In this document: one piece after another, positions 20,688 through 29,404 of the stretch
Position numbering within the stretch: position 1 is the first letter of the stretch
How the letters are laid out: each line of letters begins with the position of its first letter
Source: an uncultured Actinomycetota bacterium
GTDB lineage: Bacteria > Actinomycetota > Actinomycetes > JAFAQI01
Reading direction: 5' to 3'
NCBI GenBank assembly: GCA_963770565.1
Contig: CAVYQE010000011.1
Location: forward strand, 832,001-896,000
DNA length: 64,000 bases
Position numbers and translations under genes: made by a program
The notes under the pieces: generated by a model
The model's input: the letters and a program-made list of their open reading frames with translations, nothing else
Databases searched by the model: none
Told to the model about the DNA's origin: nothing

Positions 20688-21800
20688 GTGAGCGATGTGG
20701 CGACGCCGAAGAATTTCCCGATTGCCGGCCCGTTGGCGGACCGACATGCCCGGTTGGGCGCCAAGATGGCGGAGTTCGGCGGCTGGTCGATGCCGCTGTC
20801 CTACGCGGGAGTCGTCGAGGAGCATCTGGCCACCCGATCGGCGGTCGGAATCTTCGACGTGTCGCATCTCGGCAAGGCGATCGTGACCGGCGCCGGCGCG
20901 ACCGAGTTCGTCAACTCGTGCTTCACCAACGATCTGGGATCGATCTCGGCCGGCCGCGCGCAGTACACCTTGTGCTGCGACGAGGAGACCGGCGGCGTCA
21001 TCGACGACCTGATCGTCTACCGCGGCGATGACGACGTGTTCGTCGTACCGAACGCGGGCAACAACGAGCGGGTCGTGTCGATGCTGCAGGCGGCCGCGCC
21101 GGAGGGCGTGGAGGTGGTCGACCGGCATCGCGCGATTGCCACGATCGCCGTGCAGGGCCCGCGCTCCGCCGACGTGCTCGCCGCGCTCGAGCTGCCGAGC
21201 GCGATGGACTACATGGCGTTCGAGCGGGTCGAGTGGCGGGGCGAGCCCGTCACCGTCTGCCGGACCGGCTACACCGGCGAGCACGGGTACGAGCTGCTGC
21301 CGCCGGCCGAGTCGGCCGGGGCGCTGTGGGACGCGCTGCTGGAGACCGCCGGCCCGATGGGCGGCCAGCCTTGCGGGCTCGGTGCCCGCGACACGTTGCG
21401 CACCGAGATGGGCTATCCGCTGCACGGCTCCGACCTCACGATTGCGGTGACGCCGCTGCAGGCCAGGCTCGGGTGGGCGGTCGGCTGGTCGAAGCCGGCG
21501 TTCTGGGGGCGCGAGGTGCTGGTGCGCGAGCGCGAGGTCGGCGCGCCGCGACTGCTGTGGGGGCTGAAGAGCGAGGACCGCGGGATCCCGCGCCCGCACA
21601 TGTCGGTGCGGTCCCTCGACGACGTCGACCTTGGCGAGGTGACGAGCGGCACCTTTTCGCCGAGCCTGCGGGTCGGGATCGGGCTGGCGCTGCTCTCACG
21701 ATCGGTCAACGAGGACGACGAGGTGCGGGTCGACATCCGGGGGAAGCCCTCGACGATGCGGGTCGTGAAGCCGCCGTTCGTCGCGTCCTCGGTTCGCTGA
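20688..21800 (+). CDS. gcvT: Glycine cleavage system aminomethyltransferase T
   Basis: EFGGWSMP, FDVSHLG, RTGYTGEHGYE, GLGARDTLRTEMG. Confidence 0.96.
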   Translation: MSDVATPKNFPIAGPLADRHARLGAKMAEFGGWSMPLSYAGVVEEHLATRSAVGIFDVSHLGKAIVTGAGATEFVNSCFTNDLGSISAGRAQYTLCCDEETGGVIDDLIVYRGDDDVFVVPNAGNNERVVSMLQAAAPEGVEVVDRHRAIATIAVQGPRSADVLAALELPSAMDYMAFERVEWRGEPVTVCRTGYTGEHGYELLPPAESAGALWDALLETAGPMGGQPCGLGARDTLRTEMGYPLHGSDLTIAVTPLQARLGWAVGWSKPAFWGREVLVREREVGAPRLLWGLKSEDRGIPRPHMSVRSLDDVDLGEVTSGTFSPSLRVGIGLALLSRSVNEDDEVRVDIRGKPSTMRVVKPPFVASSVR

Positions 21801-22318
21801 TGGCGCCGTCTCGGAACGACAGGGTGCTGCTAATCGGGATGATGGGCGCCGGCAAGACGACGATCGGGCATGCGCTGTCGAACCTGCTCGGCTGGCCCTA
21901 CTTCGACAACGACGAGTTGCTGGCGCGGGCGGTCGGCAAGGACACCAAGCAGGTGCAGGAGCAGGACGGCGTACTCGCGTTGCGGCGGGCCGAGTCCGCT
22001 GCGCTGGACGTCGCGCTGACTGAGGGGACGCCGCTGATCGCCGGCGTGGCGGGCGGGGTCGTGACCAACCTGCTCGACTTGCAGCGGCTCACGCGGAGCG
22101 GCTTCGTGGTGTGGCTCCGCGCCGATCTCGCGACCCTGGCGAAGCGGGTCACGGGCACCGACCGACCCTGGCTGGGCGCGACGCCGGCCTTGGCGATGGC
22201 GCACCTGTACGCCGGGCGGGAAGCGCTCTACACCTCGGCGTCGACCTTCATCGTCGACGAGGGCGACACCACGCCCGAGCTGATCGCCCTCGAGATCGCC
22301 AAAGAACTCCGCCGCTAA
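21800..22318 (+). CDS. Shikimate kinase-like protein
   Basis: LIGMMGAGKTT P-loop, VVWLRA, RP, GREALY. Confidence 0.8.
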   Translation: MAPSRNDRVLLIGMMGAGKTTIGHALSNLLGWPYFDNDELLARAVGKDTKQVQEQDGVLALRRAESAALDVALTEGTPLIAGVAGGVVTNLLDLQRLTRSGFVVWLRADLATLAKRVTGTDRPWLGATPALAMAHLYAGREALYTSASTFIVDEGDTTPELIALEIAKELRR

Positions 22319-22320
22319 GG

Positions 22321-22416
22321 ACCGTTCCAAGCAATGTCACATTGCCCCGCACTTTGTGGGGGTGATGTCACGTCACCCCCACAAAGTCCTAGGCAATGTG
22401 ACATTGCTAGGGGAGG
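22321..22416. repeat. REP-like family C, copy 1
   Basis: Boxes GCAATGTCACATTGC (22331), GTGATGTCACGTCAC (22362), GCAATGTGACATTGC (22393). Confidence 0.85.
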
Positions 22417-23219
22417 GGGGTGACGTCGACGGGGGCGTCGAAGGCGGCGCGGCGGGCGACCCGGCGAAGCGCGGCGAGCACCGGTCCGCCGAGGACGAGC
22501 ACGAGTACGGCGTTGCCAACTGCGCGCGGGATGTCGAAGCCCAGCGACGTCGTCAGATCGAACCGCACCCAGCGGATCAGGTTGTCGCCGATCGACGCTC
22601 CCGGCACGAACGCGATCTGAGCCGGCAGGTAGCGCGCGAACGGCCAGAACGACAGGTTGAGGATCAACCCGTAGAGCAGCCCGGACAGCGCGCCGTACGC
22701 CGCGAGCAGCGCGAGCTCCCGGCGGCCAGTTGCGTGCGGCAGGCAGCCGGCGCCGAACCCGGTCCACGCGCAGCCGAGCATCTCGAACGGCAGCCACGGC
22801 CCGACCTGGCCGGTGAGCAACGCCGACGCGAGCAGAGTGATCGCGCCGAGCACGAACCCGAAGTTGCGCCCGAACACCCGCCCGGCCGGGATCAACAGGA
22901 AGAACACGAAGCTGAAGCCGGTTGCGCCGCCTGACAGCGGGCGCAGCGCCGCCCCGCAGCCGGCCAGAACACCAAGCACCGCAACGGTTTTGGCGTCGAT
23001 GCCGTTCTCGCTGACCTCGGCGAGCACGACCGCGAGCAGCAGCGCGAGCAGCGCGATGAACAGCCACGGCGCATCGCCGGCGTGCGCGGTGGTCGTGCTG
23101 GTGCCGGCGAGTCGTGAGTCGAGCAACGGCCAGCCGAAGCCGATCACCCCGACCACCGACGCGGCGAAGAGCGCGAACGCCGACCGCGGCCGGACCCGCA
23201 CCGCCGACAACGCGCTCAC
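22407..23219 (-). CDS. ECF transporter S component (cobalamin-type, inferred)
   Basis: Highly hydrophobic; AKTVAVLGVL, GRVFGRNFGFVLG, GPWLPFEM, GFDIPRAVGN. Confidence 0.85.
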   Translation of the reverse strand: MSALSAVRVRPRSAFALFAASVVGVIGFGWPLLDSRLAGTSTTTAHAGDAPWLFIALLALLLAVVLAEVSENGIDAKTVAVLGVLAGCGAALRPLSGGATGFSFVFFLLIPAGRVFGRNFGFVLGAITLLASALLTGQVGPWLPFEMLGCAWTGFGAGCLPHATGRRELALLAAYGALSGLLYGLILNLSFWPFARYLPAQIAFVPGASIGDNLIRWVRFDLTTSLGFDIPRAVGNAVLVLVLGGPVLAALRRVARRAAFDAPVDVTPLP

Positions 23220-24784
23220 CGGGCACCGGCCAGGGCGCGCTCGACGTCGGCGAGGGTGAGTAGCGGCAGGGGAGCGAGCACCTTGGACACCTGCGGGGCG
23301 AACACCGGCGACGACACCGCGACCTCGCGGGCCGGTCCGTCACCGACGATCTCGCCGTCGGCGAGCACCACCATTCGGTCGGCAACCTCGGCGACCAGCT
23401 CGACGTCGTGGGTCGCGATCAGCACGCCGTGACCCTCCGCCGCCAGCCGTTGGACGATCGCTACCAGGCGGTGCTTGGTGGCGTAGTCGAGACCGCGGGT
23501 CGGCTCGTCGAGCGCCAGCAGCGCGGGCTTGGAGGCGAGCACGACGGCCAGCACGAGCGCGAGCCGCTGGCCCTCGGACAGGTCGCGCGGATGGTGCTCG
23601 TCGCTCACGTCGGGGGCCAGCTCGGTGAGCAGTGCGCGGGTCGTTCCCGGCGGCGCCGCGGCGTCGCGGTCGGCGTCGACGCATTCAGCCGCAACGGTTT
23701 GCGCCCAAAGCAGGTCGCCGGGCTCCTGCGGCACGAGTCCGACCCGGTCCGGGGTCACCACGGTGCCGGCGGTGGGCTTGCGGAGCCCGGCCAGGGTGGC
23801 CAGCAGGGTCGACTTGCCGGCGCCGTTGCGCCCCATCACCGCGACGATCTCGCCGCGTCGCACGTCCAGGTCGACCGCGCGAAGGGCGGGCACCCCGTCG
23901 TACGACGTCACCAGACCGCGGACCTGCGCGACCGGCTCGCCGGGCGCCAAAATCCGCCCTGGAACCGGCGCGACCGAGGCGAGCGAATCGCGGACCGGCG
24001 CCGCGAGCCGGCGCGCGTCCCGGACCGACAGTGGCAGCGGCGACCAGCCGAAACGGCGGCCGAGCTCGACGATCGGCGGCGCGACCGGGCTGTCGCGAAG
24101 CACCTCGGCGGGCGGGCCGACCGTCGCGCCGACCGCGCCGAGCAACACCACTTGGTCGGCGTGCTGCACAACCCGCTCGAGCCGATGCTCGGAGATCATC
24201 ACGGTCATCCCGAGGTCGTGCACCAGGCGGGTGAGCGCGGCCAGGACGTCGTCGGCAGCCCGCGGGTCGAGCGCGGAGGTCGGTTCGTCGAGGACGAGCA
24301 TCTTCGGATGCACGGTCAGCACCGAGCCGATCGCGACCCGCTGTTGCTCGCCGGCCGACAGCGAGAGCAGCTGGCGGTCGCGCAGGTCGAACAGGCCGAG
24401 CAGGTCGAGCGTCTCCTCGACCCGCCGCCGCATCACCGAGGGCTCGACGCCGAGTGACTCCATGCCGTAGGCGAGCTCGTCCTCGACCACGTCGGTCACG
24501 AACCCGGCGGCCGGATGCTGGCCGACGTACCCGACCACATCCGCGAGCTCGCGCGGCGGCGACGTACGGGTGTCGCGCCCGTCGACGAGAACGCGACCCG
24601 ACAGCCGCCCCCCGGTGAAGTGCGGGACCAGCCCGTTGACGCATTTGAGCAGGGTCGACTTCCCGGCGCCGGTCGGGCCGATCACCAGGACCAGCTCGCC
24701 CTCGCTGAGGTCGAACGAGACGCCGCAGATCGCCGGCCGGTCCGCATCGGGATAGGTGACGGTCACGTCATCGAACCGGATCAT
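23216..24784 (-). CDS. ECF transporter fused double ATPase
   Basis: Two Walker A motifs (GPTGAGKST, GRNGAGKST), LSAGEQQR and LSEGQR, two LDEPT. Confidence 0.93.
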   Translation of the reverse strand: MIRFDDVTVTYPDADRPAICGVSFDLSEGELVLVIGPTGAGKSTLLKCVNGLVPHFTGGRLSGRVLVDGRDTRTSPPRELADVVGYVGQHPAAGFVTDVVEDELAYGMESLGVEPSVMRRRVEETLDLLGLFDLRDRQLLSLSAGEQQRVAIGSVLTVHPKMLVLDEPTSALDPRAADDVLAALTRLVHDLGMTVMISEHRLERVVQHADQVVLLGAVGATVGPPAEVLRDSPVAPPIVELGRRFGWSPLPLSVRDARRLAAPVRDSLASVAPVPGRILAPGEPVAQVRGLVTSYDGVPALRAVDLDVRRGEIVAVMGRNGAGKSTLLATLAGLRKPTAGTVVTPDRVGLVPQEPGDLLWAQTVAAECVDADRDAAAPPGTTRALLTELAPDVSDEHHPRDLSEGQRLALVLAVVLASKPALLALDEPTRGLDYATKHRLVAIVQRLAAEGHGVLIATHDVELVAEVADRMVVLADGEIVGDGPAREVAVSSPVFAPQVSKVLAPLPLLTLADVERALAGAR

Positions 24785-25911
24785 CCGACCGCCACCGGCT
24801 CCCGAACAAGCGCCGAGACCTCGCGGACCACGACGGCGGCTCGCGGCTTCGGCAACGGCGGCGCCATCCACGCCGGCAGCAGCGCGAGCGCGAGCCCGAT
24901 GACCGGCACGAGCGGCAGGGCCGGCACGACCAGCGGCGACGTCGACGGCGACAAGGCAGCAGCCGAGCCCGAGCAGACCAGCACGGCGGCCGCGAGCCCG
25001 CTGGCCGCGACCGCCCACTCGGGCAGCCGCCACGGGTCGGGCCGGTAACGGGTGCGACCGCCGCGCCGGGCCCCGACCGCGAACCCGGCGGCGGTCACGG
25101 CCGCGCCGGCGACGAGCAGCGGTACGCCGATCTGCCCCGGTGCGCCCCGGTCGATCAGGCCGTAGGTGCTCGCGACCATGGCGAACAGCCCCAGCAACGT
25201 GAGCCCGGCGGTCGTTCGCCTGACCAGCGCAGATGTCGTCCCGCGTCGGCCGAAGCCGCGCGCGTCCATCGCCGCGGCCAGGTCGACCGATCGTTCGAGC
25301 GCGCCTTCGAGCACCGGGATCGCCAGCCCGCGGATCCGGCGCAGCCCGCGGTCGGACCGGCCGCGAAGTCGCCGTGCCGCGCGGAGCCGCCCGACCGCGG
25401 CGACCGCCTGCGGCGCGACCGCGAGGGCGACCGTGACAGCGACCCCGGCCTCATACAGCGCACCGGGCAGCGACTTGAGCAGCCGGCGCGGGCTGGTGAG
25501 TGCATTGGCCGCGCCGATGCAGCAGAAGATCACGCCGAGCCGCATCCCGTCGTACGCCGAGGCGAGCACTCCCTCCAACGTGACCGGTCCGCCGAGTCGC
25601 ACGCCGGCCATCCAAGACGGCAGTGGCAGCACCGGCAACCGGATCAGCACGTGCGCGCCCGGCTCGCCGCCGAGCAACGCGAACAACGCGACCCGGATCG
25701 CGATCGCGAGCAACCCGACCTTGAGGAACATCGAGTACGACGCACTCCACGGGGTGGCCGGGTGGCGGGCCGCCACGACGTAGCCGGTGATCGCGACGAT
25801 CGCGGCCAGAAGCAAGGGGTTCGTAGTGCGGCTCGCGGCGATCGCGAGCGCGCTGGCCCACAGCCACCAGGCGCCGGGATGCAGCATCCGCGGCAACCGC
25901 TTGGCGCTCAT
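24781..25911 (-). CDS. ECF transporter T component (CbiQ/EcfT family)
   Basis: LHPGAWWLW, TM helices, ARRLRG and AMDARG coupling motifs. Confidence 0.92.
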   Translation of the reverse strand: MSAKRLPRMLHPGAWWLWASALAIAASRTTNPLLLAAIVAITGYVVAARHPATPWSASYSMFLKVGLLAIAIRVALFALLGGEPGAHVLIRLPVLPLPSWMAGVRLGGPVTLEGVLASAYDGMRLGVIFCCIGAANALTSPRRLLKSLPGALYEAGVAVTVALAVAPQAVAAVGRLRAARRLRGRSDRGLRRIRGLAIPVLEGALERSVDLAAAMDARGFGRRGTTSALVRRTTAGLTLLGLFAMVASTYGLIDRGAPGQIGVPLLVAGAAVTAAGFAVGARRGGRTRYRPDPWRLPEWAVAASGLAAAVLVCSGSAAALSPSTSPLVVPALPLVPVIGLALALLPAWMAPPLPKPRAAVVVREVSALVREPVAVG

Positions 25912-26711
25912 TCGGACCCCCGGGCCGATCGCCGGAAGCGCAGCGCGGCGAGGCCGCCAAGACCGAGCACCAGGATGAGCCCGATCACCAGCCCGAGCCA
26001 GGCCCGATGGTGCGGTGCCGGGCCCACTGCGCCGGCCAGCTGTTCAGCCGACGAGGATGCCGACGGCGATGGCACGACCGCAGTGGCCGGTCGGGCGGTT
26101 GTGGACGGATCCGACCGCGGCGTTGAGTGATGGTGCGCGCCCGCGGGCTTGGTGGCATGCGGCGTCGCTGCGACCGACACCCCGGCGCTCGGGCTTCCCC
26201 GTGCCGGTGTCGTCGTTGGGTGCGCGCTCGGGCTGGCTTTGTTCGCCTTGCAGATCGTGGCGTACGGCACGTTCTTCGGGGTGAGCGTGGACCCGTCGTC
26301 GAACACCCACCCCTCGGCGGAGTCGTTGACCGGCTGGTACGTCGACGGCCCCTCGCTGCTGTAGACCCAGCTCGTGCTGCCCGGTGCGCGATGGAAGTAG
26401 GCCCAGTAGTGGCTGTCGTCGATGTCGGCGCAGCCGGTCTTGGGCAGTCCGTCGATCGTGCACAGCAACCCGTCGCCGCGGAAACCGACTCGGTGACCGG
26501 CCGCTTCGAGGACGTCGATCCCGGTCGCGCCGCGCGGCACCGTCGCGCAGGCGGTGCTGACATCGCTGCCGAGCGCGCGCCCGTCGACCACCAGTGCGAC
26601 GCAGATCGTCGGCTTGGCCTTGCCGGCCGCCGCCGTCGCGGCCGCGCTCGGCGTCACGGTCGCCAGTGCGACGACCGCGATGCCGAGCGCGAGACCGCGA
26701 CGGGAGTTCAT
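25908..26711 (-). CDS. Membrane-anchored exported protein, SCO2322-like / DUF4430-like beta domain
   Basis: Signal peptide; TGIDVLEAAG, LLCTIDGLP, YWAYFH, WVYSSEG, EGWVF; Pro/Thr linker; C-terminal TM plus basic tail. Confidence 0.75.
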   Translation of the reverse strand: MNSRRGLALGIAVVALATVTPSAAATAAAGKAKPTICVALVVDGRALGSDVSTACATVPRGATGIDVLEAAGHRVGFRGDGLLCTIDGLPKTGCADIDDSHYWAYFHRAPGSTSWVYSSEGPSTYQPVNDSAEGWVFDDGSTLTPKNVPYATICKANKASPSAHPTTTPARGSPSAGVSVAATPHATKPAGAHHHSTPRSDPSTTARPATAVVPSPSASSSAEQLAGAVGPAPHHRAWLGLVIGLILVLGLGGLAALRFRRSARGSE

Positions 26712-26721
26712 CAGTGCCCGG

Positions 26722-27867
26722 TCACTTCCGGGCCGCCGGACACGCCAGCAGCGGGGCCCCGGCCCGGGCGCCGGCCTTGTCGATGGCGGCCAGCGGCTTG
26801 CCGGCCAGCGCTGCGCCGGCCTGGCTGGTGGCCAGCAGGGCCGAGGCGTCGTACCTGCCCTGGAACTTCACCGCTCCGCGCCGGTTGGCCGGCGCGGAGC
26901 AGCCGACCTGGTGCGCAGTCAGCCACGCCTCGGGCTTGCCGGCCTTCCTGCCGCCGGCCAGGAGCGCCTGGATCGCGAGTGCGGTGGAGTTCGTGTTGGC
27001 CGGGGTGTCGAAGCCGCCGTTCGGGTGCTCGACGCTGCGGAGCCAGGTCAGGTCGGCGATGGCCGACGAGCCGGCCGCGATGAGGGCCTGCACGGCGTAC
27101 CCGGTCGAGTCGACGTCCTTTCCCACCGCGCAGGCCGCGGTCGGCGACGACAGCAGCTCGGTCGGATACCCACCGCCGGTGCACTGCTGGTCGCCGAGGA
27201 AGCTCACCGCGGCCGGGTCGGGCTGGTCGGCGGGATGCGGGCTGTTGGCGAGCCCGAGCACCGCGAGGGCCTGGCTGACGGTCGAGAAGTAGTCGTATTT
27301 CGCCGGGGTGCCCTTCGAGTTCTGCTGGTATTCGCCGACCGCTGCGCCGCGCACGCCTTCGGTGCTGTCCAGCGCGCTCACCAGGTTGAGCCCGCCGAAC
27401 GAGTGCACGTCGACGTGCTGCGCCTCCGCGACCAGCAACAGCTTGCCGATCGGTCCGGGTGCGTAGGTCGCCACCGAGCGGCCGGCGTAGGCCTTGACGT
27501 GCTTCTCCATGTAGCGGGTCGCTCGAGCCGCTGCGCGCTGCGCGACCTTGGCCGCATCCATCGACAGGATCGCGTCAGCGGTCTCGCCGTAATTGACATA
27601 GACGATCGTCTTCTTCCCCGACACGTACGAGCCGTCGTAGTGGTCGTGGTGCCGCCCGGTCAGCTGCCTGGCCAGGTAACCGGCCGCTGAGGCGGCCGGG
27701 CGGGACGTCGTCGTACGAGTGGCCGGGTGCTTCGCTCTGCTTGCTGCTGCTGTCGCTCTGCTTGCTGCTGCTGTCGCTCTGCTTGCTGCTGCTGTCGCAG
27801 TGCCCAGCGCGGCGACCGCGACCGCGCTCAGGGCCGCGACAGCGGCGATTCGACGGATGTGGGTCAC
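26722..27867 (-). CDS. Secreted prenyltransferase/squalene-oxidase-repeat (alpha/alpha barrel) protein
   Basis: AGGAGG RBS before GTG 27867; signal peptide; repeats SQALAVLGL, DVDSTGYAVQAL, NTNSTALAIQAL, FLGDQQCTGGGY, WLRSVEHPNGGF. Confidence 0.78.
   Translation of the reverse strand: MTHIRRIAAVAALSAVAVAALGTATAAASRATAAASRATAAASRAKHPATRTTTSRPAASAAGYLARQLTGRHHDHYDGSYVSGKKTIVYVNYGETADAILSMDAAKVAQRAAARATRYMEKHVKAYAGRSVATYAPGPIGKLLLVAEAQHVDVHSFGGLNLVSALDSTEGVRGAAVGEYQQNSKGTPAKYDYFSTVSQALAVLGLANSPHPADQPDPAAVSFLGDQQCTGGGYPTELLSSPTAACAVGKDVDSTGYAVQALIAAGSSAIADLTWLRSVEHPNGGFDTPANTNSTALAIQALLAGGRKAGKPEAWLTAHQVGCSAPANRRGAVKFQGRYDASALLATSQAGAALAGKPLAAIDKAGARAGAPLLACPAARK
27732..27798. repeat. 21-bp in-frame tandem repeat x3 (TAAASRA)
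   Basis: TCGCTCTGCTTGCTGCTGCTG x3 perfect. Confidence 0.9.
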
Positions 27868-28000
27868 ACGTCCTCCTGGAGATGTGAGGAACGCGAAACG
27901 GCTCCGAGCCACCTCCGGCACGCGAATGCCCCCTGCCGCAGCGGTCATCGGACCGCGACGAGCGAGGGGGCGGTGACGGGCTGTGTGCCCGGGCTCCGCC

Positions 28001-28150
28001 CCGCTTACCTCGACGGTTGTCGTTGGAGCCCTCGTCGTACGCGGGTATCCCGGCTCGCCTCAGGATCGAGGCCTACGGTTGCGGGTCAGCGCCGGACTTC
28101 GACCGGACTTCCCCCGCCCACGGCGGTTGCACTGCCGATGCCACCACAGG
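28001..28150 (-). ncRNA. Cobalamin (B12) riboswitch
   Basis: Minus strand GGGAAGTCCGGTCGAAGTCCGGCGCTGACCCGCAACCGT ... GAGCCGGGATACCCGC (B12 box), then hairpin CCG-TCGAGGTAAG-CGG able to pair with the TCGA loop. Confidence 0.9.
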
Positions 28151-28208
28151 CCGGGTCCGCAGTCAACGCAGTGCCTCTGACCGGCGCGTTGCGACTACGG
28201 TGTCCCGC

Positions 28209-28424
28209 GTGGGGTGGACTTGGCGGTACGAGAGCAGCGACGGGGCAGTGGTCTCGCCGGACGAAGCGCCGATCAGCGAAAGCTTCCCGACCCAGGCCGA
28301 CGCGGAGACCTGGATCGGCGAGATCTGGCGGCAGCTGCTCGATGCCGGCGTCGACGCGGTGGTGCTGCTCGACGACGGGCGCGAAGTCTACGGCCCGATG
28401 ACCCTGCACGACTCCCAGGGCTGA
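28209..28424 (+). CDS. Small conserved actinobacterial hypothetical protein
   Basis: WTWRYE...FPTQADAETWIGEIW...YGPMTL; GC3-rich codons. Confidence 0.75.
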   Translation: MGWTWRYESSDGAVVSPDEAPISESFPTQADAETWIGEIWRQLLDAGVDAVVLLDDGREVYGPMTLHDSQG

Positions 28425-28555
28425 GCTGCGCGCTGCCGGCGTTCTCGCTCGCTTGCGTGCCTCCAAGCACGCGGCGCTCCCTGCGGCCTGGGCAGCGCAC
28501 AGCTCAGCCCAGGGAGTTCACCGGCGCGCGTTGCCAGTTGTGTGAAGATTCGCGG

Positions 28556-29404
28556 ATGACTGTTGTCAGAGCCGCCATTACCCAGGTCGCGTGGACCGGC
28601 GACAAGGACTCGATGATCAAACGCCACGAGGAGCTGGCCCGGGACGCGGCCGCGGCCGGCGTACAGGTGATCGGGTTCCAGGAGCTGTTCTACGGGCCGT
28701 ACTTCGGGATCGTGCAGGACCAGAAGTACTACTCGTACGTCGAGCCGATCCCCGGGCCGACGGTCGAGCGCTTCCAGGCGCTGGCCAAGGAGCTCGGCAT
28801 GGTGATCATCCTGCCCATCTACGAGGTCGCAAACGAGGGGGAGTACTACAACACGGCCGCGGTGATCGACGCCGACGGGAGCCTGCTCGGCTCATACCGC
28901 AAGCACCACATCCCGAACCTGCCGCAGTTCTGGGAGAAGTTCTACTTCCGGCCGGGCAACCTCGGCTACCCGGTGTTCGACACCGCGGTCGGCCGGGTCG
29001 GCGTCTACATCTGCTACGACCGGCACTTCCCGGAGGGCTGGCGCGAGCTCGGGCTCAACAACGCCCAGCTGGTCTTCAACCCCTCGGCGACCAAGCCGGG
29101 TCTGTCGAACCGGCTCTGGGAGCTCGAGCAGCCCGCGGCCGCGGCGGCCAACCAGTACTTCGTCGCGGCGAACAACCGGATCGGGCTGGAGTCCGACGAG
29201 TTCGGTGACGAGGCCGTGCAGTTCTACGGCTCGAGCTACTTCGTCGACCCGCGCGGCAACTACGTGGGCGAGGTCGCCTCGACCGACAAGGAAGAGGTCG
29301 TCATCCGCGACCTCGACTTCGACGAGATCTCCCGGACCCGCAACGACTGGCAGTTCTACCGCGACCGCCGCCCGGACTCCTACGAGAAGATCACCCGGCC
29401 GTGA
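28556..29404 (+). CDS. Nitrilase-family hydrolase, beta-ureidopropionase-like
   Basis: FQELF, YRKHHIP, FWEKFYFRPGNLG, ICYDRHFPE (E-K-C triad). Confidence 0.9.
   Translation: MTVVRAAITQVAWTGDKDSMIKRHEELARDAAAAGVQVIGFQELFYGPYFGIVQDQKYYSYVEPIPGPTVERFQALAKELGMVIILPIYEVANEGEYYNTAAVIDADGSLLGSYRKHHIPNLPQFWEKFYFRPGNLGYPVFDTAVGRVGVYICYDRHFPEGWRELGLNNAQLVFNPSATKPGLSNRLWELEQPAAAAANQYFVAANNRIGLESDEFGDEAVQFYGSSYFVDPRGNYVGEVASTDKEEVVIRDLDFDEISRTRNDWQFYRDRRPDSYEKITRP

Noticed and set aside
22321-22416. Family C boxes as CRP/GlxR operators or a mini-CRISPR
   Set aside because: No TGTGA-n6-TCACA spacing. They lie 3' of genes, and the inter-box sequences are short and largely shared between copies.
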